The notes under the pieces are model-generated. The model saw only the letters and a list, made by a program, of their open reading frames with translations. It searched no databases and was not told where the DNA came from. Position numbers and translations under genes: made by a program. Below are positions 12,701-26,421 of a DNA stretch of 64,000 nucleotides, in pieces. The stretch is from NCBI GenBank assembly GCA_964187785.1, contig OZ076409.1, forward strand, positions 2,792,001-2,856,000, read 5' to 3'. Position 1 is the first letter of the stretch; each line of letters begins with the position of its first letter. This DNA is from Amphiscolops sp. MND2022. Its lineage: Eukaryota.

Positions 12701-14282
12701 GGCAAGGTAAGAACGCGCCGGCAAACGAGAGTGATGTAACAAATGCAAACAATCAGCCACTTAAACAAAATAGCTGCAATTATTCAGACGTCTTTAATTA
12801 AGTGAGTCAAATTCAGCCCCGATCGAAAGTGAGACAATGAGCGACGAACTCATGCGAATGGCCGATCAGCCACCAGTTCAAAACGCCGGTTTGCTACTCC
12901 GTAAACCAAATAGAGGTATTATAAACCCTCTGATCTTTCACCTTCGCTTCGCAATACGAGACCGACGAGATCCTGCAGAAAATAATAACTCTGCTAAAAA
13001 AAGCCCGACAGCACAAAAATCAACGGCCTTTCCACGCCATGGCATTAAAAATTCCGTTGCTTAAGGCTTGATCAACATGACTTGATGTACATGGAAGGAA
13101 GACTTGTCATCCCAAAAACACGACGCCTCCACTACGGTATGGTCATCCGGGAAGAGACGCGATGTTAGCGAAATTAAGCTACGTGTTGTGGCCTAGCCTA
13201 CACCGTGAAGTAGTAGCGAATGCCCGCTCATGCCCCCAATGCCGCGAATCAAGTAAAAACATCAAAACTTTATAAAAACAAAAACAAATCGAAAAACTTC
13301 CGGAATGTAAAGAAAGTAACCATGAAGTAGCAATTGACTTCGCAGGACCGTTTCAGAACGCAATTAACGCAAAAAAATCTCATAGTTTCCGTTGATCATT
13401 TTTCGGGGTGGTCGGAAGCAAAATCAGGAAACCAACAACAGATAAAGTGATAGAGTTCCTTAAAAACTACATAGCAAGACACGGAATACCCCAAACAATA
13501 AGAACCGATCCGGCAACGATATTTCGAAGAAAACGATTTAAAGAGTTCAGTAAAATTAGACTTATCAAGCACATAGATCGCCCAGTCAGTGATCATTGGG
13601 GTAACGGAAAAATAGAACCGCTGATAAGAACTATTGACGAACGCTTAAGAACGATTAAGCAAATAGTGGTAAAGAGAGACAACTCAGGGCTTTCAGAAAA
13701 TTTATTGTATGAATGTACCCTTCGAAAAATGGATTATCGCCGTACGAGAAAAGTACGGAGAAAAAACCGAACACGATAAAAAGTCTAGTTATCAATCGTG
13801 ACCAGTTTATTTCAGAACCTGCAGACTTTAAATTGACGGAAACTGACTTTGAATCGGGCCAAGGTTCAACTGTGCTTGTTCGAGAAAGAACATGCGGAAG
13901 TAAACTGGAGGGCTCATATCAAAAACGGAAAGGGATCTTTCTAGAGCAGGCGGACCACACATTAACTTTCCTGCCAGCTGGGAAAACAACGCCAACTATC
14001 TTGTCAAAAAGAGACATTGGCAGATCAGAAGATGCGAATCAGCCATGTTGCTTGAAAGAGGCAGACCGCCGGCTACTGGCAAGCCGCAGCGAAAGGTACA
14101 ATGAAGAAGAACAGCCACACAGCAGCGAAGACAGAAACAACACTGATGAATCAGCTGAAGAAATTGGTAGTTTAACGCCAGAACAACCAATCACAGCAGA
14201 GAGAGAGAGAGATAAGACGAGCAAAATAAACAAAAAGAAAGAAAAAACAGCATTAGAGAAGCTGAAAGAGAAGGCGCGATGA
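9778..14282 (+). pseudogene. Degenerate Ty3/Gypsy gag-pol (gag with Zn knuckles, protease, RT, RNase H, integrase); LTRs not recognised
   Basis: Fragmented ORFs: CRNCGITGLFRRMC knuckle, FTTMINSG (decayed DSG), FTFIGDILI (decayed YxDD), MADYLSRHP, GHPG...CPQC, VAIDFAGPF, RHGIPQTIRTD; many stops and frameshifts. Confidence 0.92.
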
Positions 14283-15032
14283 AAAGAAAACAACTGCAAT
14301 ACAAACGAAACAACCAAAATCAAAGCAGATAAATTATGACAACAATCTAAGAAAAAGAAAGCGATGAGGAGGAAAATACAATGACACCACAAAACAACGA
14401 ACGAAAACTTGGAACATCATAATTCATCAAGGAATCAAGGAATCGATCATGTATGAATCATGCAATGACATCAACAATGATTAAACATGACCCAAGACCT
14501 GGTTCAAAAACCCATGATCATGAATGATATGTCAAGAAAAGCTCTGAAAATCAGCATTCAGCAGATGTCCGTAAACTGTGCTTTTCTGTTTTCCCCGCAA
14601 CCACCATTTTTTTGAAAAATAGTGCAAATATTAGCATAAAAAGACTTGAAACGAAAACCAAAATCCTTCAAAGTTAAATGTATTCCCAGATTGACAGTTT
14701 GGGATCCGGGTATAGACTTTGTTCACATTTTTCTCCTTATGAAGTCACGCATTCTCGATTTAAAAAAAATCAACAATTTCCTGTTTTGTGAGTCAATTCG
14801 AAGATAATCAATCATAGGTGTGAATAAGTTTTTGTTCAAAAAACTCTTCCAATAGAAGTTTTCTTTGTTATAGAAAAAGTATTCATTTTTTAAATGGGGC
14901 AATTGAAATTTTTGCCCAAAAAATTTTGATGTTGGGGGGGGGGTGTCAGAAAAGAGCCCGAAAGACTAGTTCAATTTTTTCGAAGGAAAGGCAATCAATG
15001 AGTTCTCAAGTTTCGACAGCATTTCCTCTCAC

Positions 15033-15169
15033 CTGTATTTGCGTGACGTCACTTCCGGCAGGGGTGTTCATGAGGATCATAAAGTTGTACTCCTGTTGGG
15101 GGAACCGAGGCACGTTGTCATTGGAATCTTTTATCCTGATCACAAGTTCTAGAATGTTCGATGGCACAC
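15033..15169 (-). CDS. PCDH15: PCDH15-like exon H (EC10/EC11: VPSNILELVIRIKDSNDNVPRFPQQEY...QIQ); not in the supplied ORF track
   Basis: Acceptor TTTTTAAG|GT, donor CAG|GTGAGA; 137 nt, phase 1-0; DSNDNVP motif from manual translation. Confidence 0.9.
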
Positions 15170-15731
15170 CTTAAAAACATACAATGTAAATAGGTTGAGC
15201 TTAGTCTGTAAGTTTAAAAGTTGTCTACGCTTCGAAAAAGGGGGCTATGTGGCAGAATCTATTGGGAGGACAAATATAGGAAGGGACACTCGTGGAGAAT
15301 TTCATCAAATTTACAGTGCCGAAAAATACCCGAAGGGATACCCATGGGACTTGAAAAGTGCTTTTCCTCGAACTCGAAAAACCCAAAAACACATTTTTTG
15401 AAAAAAAAATCCTCAGAAAAGTCATAGTTTCAGAAACTCAAATCAAGGCTTTTTGAGCTCGGAAAATGCTTTCTGCTAAACTCAAGGCACTTCTGTCAAA
15501 AAACTGCGAAAAAGAAGTCCCTCAGAGCCAGAAAACCAAAGGGAGACCTTTTGTTTTCTCTGCTTTTTCAAGCAATATATGTTAGGTGCGGTACTCGAAC
15601 ACACCTACTCCTCCTGCTTCTCAGGCATCTCACTCCTCAAATCCGAATTAACCTCTAGGCCAAGTCGCAGTGACAGTACAGAAACTTATGGAAATATGCT
15701 GAAAAAAAACTGTCAGTTCGCTGGTCTTAGA

Positions 15732-16050
15732 AACAAGACGAGAACGTCCAAAGTCGGCGCTATAGCTAAGGCTCAAAAAGCGCAAAACAATTTTTTTGGA
15801 AGAAACACTTGAAATTTTTGAATTTTTTTCTTCCGGAAAATATCGCATAGTGCCGAAAAATGTAGTTACTGTAAAAAACGGTTACTGCTATAGTCGGGCA
15901 TTTTTCATTGAAAGCATAAAGCGCCGACTAAAAAAGATCACTGGTATAGTCGGGCATTTTTCCTTAAAACGATAAAGCGCCGACTAAAAAAGTTCAGTGC
16001 TATAGTCGGGCATTTTTCCTTGAAAGGATAAAACGCCAACTAAAAACCAC
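15732..16050 (-). mobile_element. Short HINE-like copy with a tandemly triplicated 5' end
   Basis: AACAAGACGAGAACGTCCAAAGTCGGCGC terminus, then ~56-bp units ACTGCTATAGTCGGGCATTTTT...GCGCCGACTAAAAAAG x3. Confidence 0.55.
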
Positions 16051-16682
16051 AGCTATGGTCGGATCTTCTCTTCGAAAAGCGCTTAACCCTAAATGGAATG
16101 GACCATTGGTACGAATTCGTACCAGTTAGTTTCTGCAAACTTCTGAACGCACCAGCTGACCGTATGGTGAAGAAAACTCTCGAATAAGATTTTCAGACGA
16201 TATTACATAGCATTTCGAACTTCTTCACAGAATATTGACATGATGGCTTCGAAATCGAAAAAATGGGACCAAAAAATCAAAAAAATGAGCGCAGGTTTTC
16301 CGTTTTGCAGGTTTCCTTTGTGTCCGTTTTATCCCACTGGTATCAAAATTGGGTCAGAGCGGCCTCAGCATGTTTTGAAACATGCTGAAAAGCAGTGAGA
16401 GACACCAAGCGTGCAAAGTTTTGGCGCAAAGTCCGAAGCCTGTGTGGTGAAACCCCCAGCCCAGCAGTTCAAAAATCAAATTGAATTGAAAATCTTGGTT
16501 GTCTACCGAACGCTTTATAAATCGTTTGTCGGAATCGAATAGTTTAGGAGATATTTCGGTTTAAAATTTAAGCACCAGAGTTTTGGATGAATCCGGAAAT
16601 TTCCTGGTCCTTTTAGGGTTAATAAAAAAGAAAATGAAGAAAAAAGAAAACTGATTGATGTGAAAAAAGACAGACGACGGAC

Positions 16683-16935
16683 CAGCTGATGAAGTAGAAC
16701 TTCTCCGTGATCTGGATTGTCCGTCGTTGTCTCCCGTCAGAAGTGGTTGGTTGGCACCCATTAATGGGGGGTACTGAACCATAACCAGAAACTGTTCTTT
16801 CTCACAGAAAGGCTCACCCGATAGTTGAGAATGCTCGCAAACAACCTCGCCATACAGGAAGTAGGATCCTTGCGGAAGCGACGAAACATCATCTATTGAT
16901 TGAGTCCATTTTTCTATTTCCGACATGCGGTTCGC
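16683..16935 (-). CDS. PCDH15: PCDH15-like exon G: ~84-aa non-cadherin insertion in EC10 (ANRMSEIEK...C..C...RSRRSSTSSA)
   Basis: Acceptor TTCATTCACAG|GCG, donor GCTG|GTCCGT; 253 nt, phase 0-1. This is exactly the phase bridge needed between exon F (ends phase 0) and exon H (starts phase 1); the frame is open throughout. Confidence 0.75.
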
Positions 16936-19704
16936 CTGTGAATGAAATTCACATTATCCAATGAAACAAAAAAAACGCTATTGAAACTACTTGAACTTTT
17001 CGCATGTACTTTAATGTTGCCAGCAGCTTTTATTATGACTTTCTTAAAACGATTACGGAAACTTTCATGCAAAAATAATTCCCCGCTGTATTTAACTTTT
17101 ATCAAGCTGCTTGAAAGATTAATAAAAACTTTGGCGTCAATTTGAAGCCTTGACGTTTTGCAGGTTTCAGTAAGAAACAGTTCTAATTTTAAATTCAACT
17201 AAGTTGCTAGCACTTTTACCATTATTTTCAAGCAAAATAACTTTTCAGTCGCGTTATAAATTGCTAATTTGCTTCATGTTTAGCGTGGTATTTGAGAAGC
17301 GGTGTACAAGGTAGCTAAAAAATTTCCAAGTTCAAACCTGCTCGGCCGAATTTTTGAAAAAAACAGCTATGTATCGCAGAGCGAAATAAGCTCGAAAATT
17401 TTCTGCAGAGCCGGAAAGGAAAAAACTTAAGCCCTGAAATAGACGACCACTTTCGCTTGCAGCACAAAAAAAAAGAAATTAAAAGCCAATTTTATGAAAT
17501 GGTAAAACATCATTTTAATATGACAACATCGTAGCTTTTTAGAATATTTTTAGAACAACACCACCAGTCCATTTAGAAACAGGTAATGAAACAGAGTCAA
17601 GTGAGTCAAAGAGATTCACAAGGACTGGGAGCTAATAATATTTATTTAAACTGCGAATCAGTCTCTCATCGTTGTTAGAAAATCTACAGATAATAGATCG
17701 GCCAAGGAATTCGAGAGATATAGATAATACGTAGCTTTGAAGAAGAATCTTCATGGTCAATACACCAACCACTGAAGGAAAATTGAAAATAGAACGGGGA
17801 ATTACCTTTACATAAGACGCCCGCTGTTCAGCGGTATTTTCCGTCCCAAAATAGCCTAGCAAAGGTACAGCCTTGAGGTATGAGCGTAGCTGAAAAACTA
17901 CAAGAATACAGAAAAAATTGAAACTCGAAGTTTCTAATACGCTTCGACTCATCTCATCTTTTTTTGAAAAAATATCACTCAATTTGTTCTTTAAACAAAA
18001 GTATCCTAAATAGCTAATTGTTTTGTCGTTGAGCTCCGAGGATACTTATATCCAATCAAAAATGCCAGCATGATTGCTAAATAGTCAGAACTTGAGATAA
18101 AAAATCAATTCCCCCATTCCATGAATTTTTCAGCCATCTTTGATTTTCGAGAAATAGGTTTCGTTCCGGACAATCTCTCCCCACAACAATCTACTGTACC
18201 ATAGTCACAGCAGATGGTCGATTTGAACTGAGTGATTTGCTCTATGTCAAAAAAAGTGACTGATCGTCGTTGCTCTTTTCAATTTTCTTTTCTCGAAAAC
18301 CAGCAAACATTGTTGAACTGAGATAGGCTCGAACCTGATACCGCAGAAGCACAGGCCTAGTGTTTTAACCATTCCATAATGATTATCATTGCACAAATTT
18401 TCAGAATTTTTTAAACCAATTAAAAGTGTGCTTAGTAGCAAATGGATTCGCTTTCCAAATTTTTGGAACTTTATGCCCACAAAAACATCCAAGCATTGAA
18501 CAAAACTGTAAAAAAACTTCAGAAATTGAACGTTTGAAGTTTTTGATTGTTCAGGCCATGTCCCCACAAAAACGTGAAATCTATCTTGGCAAAATGCACT
18601 AAGTAGCCAAAAATTATTTTTGTAACTCTGTGGAAACTTAATAGCAACGAAAACATCCATGTTTTTCATGGAATTGGGATAATACAATAAAAAAAATTGG
18701 AATTTTTACGCCTTTTTGGTTTTTGTTTTGCATTCCTTTGAAGAAATAAAATAATTTTTCCGCGAAGTTTTTGTTCGCCAGCTTGATCTTTTTAAAACTC
18801 TGTGGATAAATCATACATACAAAAATCAGCAAGGACTTCACAAAATACCACAGAGCGGTTAAACCATTTTTGTTTTCGCATTTTTGGCTTTTATTCGGGG
18901 CATTTTGCGGCATTTAAACTTATTTCAAAAACATTAAAAAATTGCTACCTAGACCATTGTTTTATCTTTGGACTGTGTGAAGTTGCATCTTTTTCAAAAA
19001 TTGTTTGTTTGAAAGTTTATCAGGACTAGAAATAGAATTATTGAAGCCAATTCGAATGAAACTCTACGGATTTATCTTCTTAAAAGCGTATTGGAAAACT
19101 AGTTCGTTCAACATTGTGCTCACAGGCGGGTCCAATTTACAAAAATTCTAACCATTTGTTCAAAACTGGCACACAAATTGTCAAAAAAGGGAGAAAGTCA
19201 ATTTTACGCATTTGTAAGCGAAAATTATACATTTTTCTCCAGAAAAGCGTACTGAATAGCTAAATCTTTAGCCATTGAGATCTATGAATATTGTAAATGT
19301 CGAAAACAATCAAAAACTGAAGAAAAATGCACAAAAAGTCAAAAATATTAGAACTTTTTTCTCATGTCGTCGATTAAGGCTCCATAATTGCAGACTTTTG
19401 AATTTACTGAAAATGAAAGACTGTTTTGATTGATGTTCTGAAAAATGAAAAATTCACAGCGCCGACAAACTCCCATGAGGCTGTAAAAAGTTTTCTTTCA
19501 ACCAAAAAAATCACAAAAAAACCAAGGGGTTTGAGGAAAGTATCAAAAAACCTAAACTGGGGGACATCTTGCTGCTTTCTAGCCTTGTAAAACATGTCCT
19601 TGATACATTTTAGACTTGCTTCCAGACAATATGAAAGCACCAAAGAAGTTGAACAAGACGCCTGCTAAGCACCGGGTTATTTTCCGCTTTAAAAATGTAA
19701 CGTT

Positions 19705-19770
19705 CCAGCCCGGGTTCGAACCCATAACCTCGTGCCTGGCAGGCATACGCAATACCAACTGTGACAGGGT
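19705..19770 (-). repeat. tRNA-derived (SINE-like) fragment
   Basis: B-box GGTTCGAACCC with an upstream A-box-like CACAGTTGGTA on the minus strand; related fragment near 32528-32590; no full cloverleaf. Confidence 0.35.
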
Positions 19771-21501
19771 TACTAGTTTATCGTTTTACTGAATGGAGTA
19801 AATAAAAGTGGAGAAAAAAACACAGCACAGATCATGATTTTCCCTCCCCCATTTATGTGGGCGGAAAACAATAACAAATGGATTTAAAATGTGCAGCATT
19901 CGGTATGACTTCTGATGAAATAAATAACTTGCTTCTGTAAGAGTTGAGCATTTTTTGTATTCCAACTTTTGTATTCCAATTATTAACAAGCGCCGGCTAA
20001 AAACGCGGCCAATTAATAGTTTTACCTTCCCATATGTAAATATTGGCGTAAAATGAAGAAAAATGAAGTTATGCAGACAAAAAAGCATAATTACGGAAAT
20101 GGCAAAAAAATTTCAGCTGACACCCCGTGTTGTCCATTGGAACTATTGATCTGTTATTTCGATGATTCTGTGGGCGAGAACATTTCCTAGTTTTTCCGAA
20201 GCGAAAAAGTATTTTTTTCTCAAGAAAGCGTACTGGGAAGCTAGTTCTTTCGTTGTTGAAGTCTGTGTATGTTGTAAACCACGAAAACAATCAAAAATTA
20301 TTTTCGAAGAAAGCCCAATAAGGTCAAAAGTGAAAACTTTTAGAATTTTTACCTTTTTGAGTTCATTTTAGTTATTTCCAAAATCTTTGCTACTTTGAAT
20401 TGCTTCGAACCAGAATTCATTCGTGATTGGCGGTGGAAAAACTATCTTCCAAATTGCCAGATTTCGAACTCCATAGTTGATCTGCAAGATCTTTCTGGCT
20501 GGTTTGAGCCAAGATTATTGGGTCAATATTGGAAACTTTGGTACTGCCATTACTGTAGAATCGTTTCCATTCGATGGTCGTTTTGCAAACAGAGTGTTTA
20601 AAAGAGGGTTTTACAGTGAAACAACCGATTCACACGCTCTTGAACGGTCCATTTTTCAAATCAATTTGTTCAACTTCTTCAGCGATTTCATTTTGTCGGG
20701 AAGTCTAAAATGTATGTAGGACCATATTCCCAGGCTAGAAAGTAGCTAAGAGTCGTTCATTTGAGAAATTCCGGCGCTGTGATACTTTTTTTCGGAAATT
20801 TCTAAATTTCCATGACCTATAATTTGCCAGCAACTTAAACAAGTGTGTAGAAAAGTGGATCATGTTGAATTAAGTTCAATGGACAAGTCATTAAAGAGAT
20901 GACAACGGATTTACATCTTTCTGCAGGGACGAAATTTTTTCAATGTTTGCATTAAACCTAATAGTGCGTCAAACTAAAAAGGAAGCGAATACTAACCCTA
21001 GTGTTCGGAAATAACAAACTTTTCGAAACGTCTTGCCAATTATGCTATTCTTACCAAGTGCGTACAAGAATCGCAAATTTTGAAAGTTTATTACAATGTC
21101 AAGTATTTCTTACAACCTTACAACATTCTGGTAATTTTTGCTGAATTTGCATCTATTCTTAAGCAATTTTTACAAAAAAGGCGATGTGTCATTTTTCATT
21201 GCTGGATATTCCTCTTTTTCTGAGCTGTTCTAGAGAAGAAAAAGTTTTAGAGAGGTTCCTTGATTTTTTCCGATTATTACGTTAGCACTGTTTTTCCAAT
21301 ATTTCCTCAAACCAAACGATGCAAATTTTGTCAGAGGTTTGTGAAATTTGTGCATTTTTTGTACCATTTTCAGCCTAAATTCGCAAATCGTACAAGAATC
21401 TTGTCAATTAATGCATGTGTTTCTTACAAGATCTTACAAAATTTGTAAGAATTTTGCAGAAGATGTGATTTTTTTTTCAAATAAGGAAATTTTTTTGAAA
21501 C

Positions 21502-21620
21502 CTGGATAAATAGGACCAGTTCTCCACTGGAAGAAGTCTGGAGTTGTTCCTTGTCCACCGATTTGACCAGAGTCAAGACTCCGGAAATGGCATCCAGACT
21601 GAAAGCACCAACTTCGTTGC
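21502..21620 (-). CDS. PCDH15: PCDH15-like exon F (EC10: GNEVGAFSLDAISG...VDKE...VLFIQ)
   Basis: Acceptor TTTTCAG|GC, donor CAG|GTTTCA; 119 nt, phase 1-0. Confidence 0.88.
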
Positions 21621-21645
21621 CTGAAAAACCCAAATTATCGAGGAG

Positions 21646-22743
21646 CCCTAGTCGAGATTGCTTGAACTTTTTACATGCTGCATGGAAACATGCAGGCTAA
21701 TTTTTTACAAAACATGGGAAACTCCGGGAGCCTGCATGGAAACATTTTGTAGGATTACAATGCAGCTTCCACTATTTCAAATAAAACTGAAAACTTTTCC
21801 ACTTCCTCAGCACCGCGATCACTTTGTTTTCACGCGTGTTTTCCTAGTTGAGACTGCAGGAACTTTTTACATGCTGCAGGCCTGCATGCAGGGTAATTGT
21901 TTATAAAACCTAGACAATTCAGGGTAATTCAGGTGGTAAATCTTGTAGAATTACACTGCATTTTCCACTACTGCAATTAAATTTGAAAATAGATACAACA
22001 TCATCACCGACACGACCTTATTGTATTTACAATTTCCTTTCTCAACTACTCATCTGATGTGATCACCGCGTCTCAAATAGGACGCTAAACATGACGGTAT
22101 ATTGCAGTTTATTAGGTGACTGAAGTAATTTTGCATTAAAATGGCTGTTAAACAGAGAGCAATTTATTTGCTTTTAAAGTTAGAACTGCTTCCTAATGAA
22201 ACCTGCAAAACTTCAAGGCGTAAAATTGCCGCCAAAACTTTGATGAATCTTTCAAGCAGCTTGATAAAAGTCGAATACAACAGGTAAATATTTTCTCATT
22301 AAAGTTTCCGTAAGAGTTTTAGAAAATCATAATGAAAGTTGCTGGCAACATTAAAGTACATGCAAAAAGTTCAAGAAGCTTCAACAAGGGTTATCAAGTA
22401 TGTACCTTATGTCATCACCGTTAATCAAATAGCACGCTGAATATGACGCTACTTTGAAACTCATGATGTGACTGAAATTTGTTTGCATTGAAAGCGCGGA
22501 AAAATTGATGACGGTCTCAGCTGATTTCAAAATTGGAACGGCGTCCAAATGAAACCTGCAAAACGTTGCAGCGCAAAATTGCCGCCAAATTTAGGACGCA
22601 TTTTATAGGCAGCTTGATAAAATTAAACGGAATCAGTGAAGTTTTGTTGCATGGACGTTTTTTTGAGAATTTTATAAAATCATGGAAAATTAGCTTGGTA
22701 ACCTACGAAAACATGTAAAAAGTTCAAGCAGTTTCAACCAGGG
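21646..22743. mobile_element. Non-autonomous CMC/EnSpm-like TIR element (CCC...GGG, TSD AG)
   Basis: TIRs CCCTAGTCGAGATTGCTTGAACTTTTTACATG / CATGTAAAAAGTTCAAGCAGTTTCAACCAGGG; AG on both sides. Confidence 0.7.
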
Positions 22744-24734
22744 AGGGCAAATAGTTTTTCACCGCTCTTAGGTAAACGCCTGCATCGTTTTTCGTAATCC
22801 TTATTGCCCAAAATTCTGAAAACAGCCCTTCATCGCTTACAATTGAGGATAATGTCCGGTCCACCCGGTATCCGGCTTCAATCAGTCCTGTCCGGTTGTC
22901 CGGCCAACGGAAATTTTCCTGTCCTCTAGGCCATATCACTTGTATATTGTAGCTTTGGTTTTGATAATATTCGTTTTGGCTCAATGTTCGAAAAACAACC
23001 CTTTTGAAGGTCATTTCTTTTAACTTTTGACGAGTGCTTTCAATCAACTGTTGACTAACGTTGTCCATCTTTTTTGCAAAACATCCCCTAGCCTCGCATG
23101 CATCAAGATAGCAAACAAAACGATTTACTTTTTCAATAAAAGTGTCCAAATAAGTAATAACTTGATCTTCAACACTCTATGATCTTAGATTTCCTCCTGA
23201 AGACCTGAAACTAACATGTTCAAAAAATCGCTCGACCTTTAGGTATTCTATCAACAGCTACGTTTTCCTGAAATTATATGGGAGTGCACCTCATGAACCT
23301 TTTTTTGAAAATAAATCTTAGTTTGTACATGGCTTATTGTTTTGCGTCGAAAACTTGATTTTTCCTGTGACACTTTTCCGAAACTCAGGACTACATTATT
23401 GACTCGACTCTAATGCGGATACACAAAGATCAATTACATGAACAAAATTCTCTTCGAAGTTGCAAATTTGTTCCGTTTTAATATTTTGTTTCAGGTAAAA
23501 AAAAATTGAAGAAAAATATTTTTGGGGCCTTAAGGTTCTACTATTCCTTCCATTAGTCGGAGTCGGAGGAGGTTGTAAATCAGTAACTCTTGTTAGCAAC
23601 AATCTCAACGTCTAGTCTGATGAGGTTTCGACTCGAATTTCCGTTAATTAAACAGACATCCTTGAAAATGGAGGAAAAATTTGAAATATAGCCTGAAAAA
23701 TCCATCAAAAATTTCGTCACCAAGGATTGTGAATTTTTGGGTGTCCCCTGAGGCTGTTACAAGGAAACTTGCTACAAGGATATTTGCTACAACAACCAAA
23801 ATGCTACTAAGCTAGTCACCACTAATGGGGTGCTACGAAGGAATGAGCGATGGGACTAATTAGTGAATTATGGAGACAATCAAGTTCGCTCGAACTTGCC
23901 GCAATATTTATCAAGAGAGCTGGTTAATTGAGCGGCTAAGTGTGAGTTGGATTGTGCTTTGAGATTCAAAATCAGAAAAGTTGACTAATGGTCTTATAGT
24001 TAACAGCTAGTAGCCCCATAGTGGGAATTAGTAGCAAACTACCCTAATTGCAGAAAGATCCTGGTAGCGAATTGCCTAGTAGCAAACGTCGGCTCTTTTC
24101 TGTCCCCCCCCCCCACCACCACCAAAATTTTTTAGGAAAACTATTGAAAATATTATAACAAATAGATTTGAATACAAACCAGAATGCTTCAGTTTTAAAC
24201 TTATTCCCAGGGTGATAGTTTAGGATTCAGATACAAACTTTGTTCACACTTTTTCCATATACAGTCACGCTTTTTTTGATGAAGAAATCAACAGCTTCCT
24301 GTTTTGAGTCATCAATAGACACTTAATACGAACATAATCCTAGTCAAAATGCGTGAACAATGTTTTGTTCAAGCGGAAAACTACTCTAATAGAAGTTAAC
24401 TTCCCGTTATGAAAGAAGGTTTTACTTTTAATTTCTAGAGTTTTTAAGGAAATTTACTTCCAAAATTTTGGTGGTGGGGGGGGGGGGTGTTAAACAGAAG
24501 AGAACCCAAACGTCCTTTACCCGAATTTGTCACCCTTTTTTTCAGCCTAACTGCATTATTTCAGAGCAATGATGATCGTGTGAAGTTTGACTTTACTTAT
24601 ATGAATTTTACTTTGGAAATGAGAATTGTCGATGCACGCACTTACTAAACCTCCCAACAGTACAAAAGTCATTTCTGTTGTGTTCATACGAGATTGGTTA
24701 AAACAACGTTCTGGTTGAAGGTGTTGCAAGAATA

Positions 24735-25286
24735 CCCTGGTTGAAACTGCTTGAACTTTTTACAAGTTTTTGTAGGTTACCAAGCTAATTTTTCATGATT
24801 TTATAAAATTCTCAAGGAGACTTCCATGCATTAAAATTTCACTGATTCAATTTGATTTTATCAAGCTGCCTTAAAGATGCATCCTAAAAATGGCGGCAAT
24901 TGCCAGCTGCGACGTTTTGCAGGTTTCATCAAGCAGCGGTTCTAATTTTAAAAACAGCTAAGACCTTCATCAAATTTACCGCGGTTTCAATGCAAACAAA
25001 CTTCAGTGTCACATTATAAGTTTCAAAGTAGCGTCATATTCAGCGTGCTATTTGACTAACGGTTATTACATAAGGTACTTACTTTGAGAAACTCACGCGT
25101 GAAAACAAAGTGATCGCGGTGGTGAAGAAGTGGAAATGTTTTCTGTTTTAATTGAAATAGTGGAAGCTGCATTGTAATCCTATAAAATTTTTCCATGCGT
25201 GCTCTGAGTATTTTCGATGTTTATCAAAAATTTAGAATGCTTGCATTGATGCCACATGGAAAACTTTCCGGTAGCTTCAACTAGGG
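24735..25286. mobile_element. Same family as 21646-22743, shorter copy in the opposite orientation (TSD TA)
   Basis: CCCTGGTTGAAACTGCTTGAACTTTT ... TTCAACTAGGG, TA on both sides; related fragments near 16960-17200 and 30690-31320. Confidence 0.7.
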
Positions 25287-26421
25287 TATGTATAAATGGT
25301 TCTTCAATGACTTCTGTCACGCTATTCAAATTTTGCGATTTCTGTGGGAGACAAAAATCAAACTTGAAATGAATGTGAGGATTGTTTTAAATTGAAAAAA
25401 AACAATAATATCAAGTTTACAAGACACGGTTTTTCATTCATGATTCTGCCATAATTCCTGGGCACGTCATGGCGAGAATCTTTCCATCATCATGGAAGGA
25501 TGTCAATGATTTATGGATGAAAAGCCATGATGCAATGAATGTTCATGTATCAAATCTTTTTGTATATATTCATTTTGTATATATCATTTTGTATATATTT
25601 GTTCAACCTTAGTTAAGAAAATAAGATATGACTATAGTCACAGTATACTCACAGTTTCGAACAAGCACTTTGAACCCAGGGACTTTAGGATTTTAGGATT
25701 TATGAACATTTGTGTCTGATATTTACTACCTCACTAAATCAGAGACGCAAGATGATTGTTATTCCCAGTTTACAAATGTTGAATAAGTTGAATCACAGTG
25801 AAAATTTAGCAACTTCAAATATATTGGTAACTGCTAAATGTTCACTTGTACCTATCTCAAGAAAGTTTTAACAATTTGTTCCAACCTGAAGCAACCATGT
25901 GATATTATATAAACTTTGTTGAAGTTTTGGGAAAATAAAGAATAGGCTAAAACTACAGAGAAAATGAAGTTTCCTAATGAAATTCATGGTATACCAGGAA
26001 ACTTAAGCTTTGGTTTCTGGTCTTGGTACACGATTGGTAGAAATTTCACATTTTTTTGCTAATCGCTCAGCCGCTAATTTCAAATTCGCTATTTCGCTGA
26101 AAAGTTTTTCTCGAACGTTCATCGAAAGTTTACCTTCAAAGTTTAACTTTGTATATTTTAGAATCAAATGATAACTTACTTTAGTTTTTACATTCAAAAA
26201 AGACTGGAATGTTTCAAACGGTGAGTGTTTTACAAGGGTAAGACTTTGAATTTTTTGAATAACATTCTGAAACTCCATGAATACTATGATGAAACTTCGA
26301 TTTTGGATGACATTCTATCAGTTGCCGCTAATTCGAATCGCTAATGATATCGCTGATACATTCCTGCGCGGCCGCTAATTCGCTAAATCGCTATAAGCGG
26401 TGTCGAAACCCTGCTTCTAAC

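Noticed and set aside
8780..14530. LTR pair around the decayed Gypsy element
   Set aside because: Both flanks have ATCATG-rich repeats, but I found no alignable TG...CA direct repeat, PBS or TSD.
17540..18240. Possible decayed transposase fragment
   Set aside because: No catalytic motif could be confidently recognised in the frames examined.
19705..19770. tRNA gene
   Set aside because: Only A/B-box-like motifs; acceptor and anticodon stems could not be folded.
22724..23149. 141-aa minus-strand ORF
   Set aside because: TTG start, no recognisable motif, runs into a MITE terminus, and is not needed by the exon phase chain.
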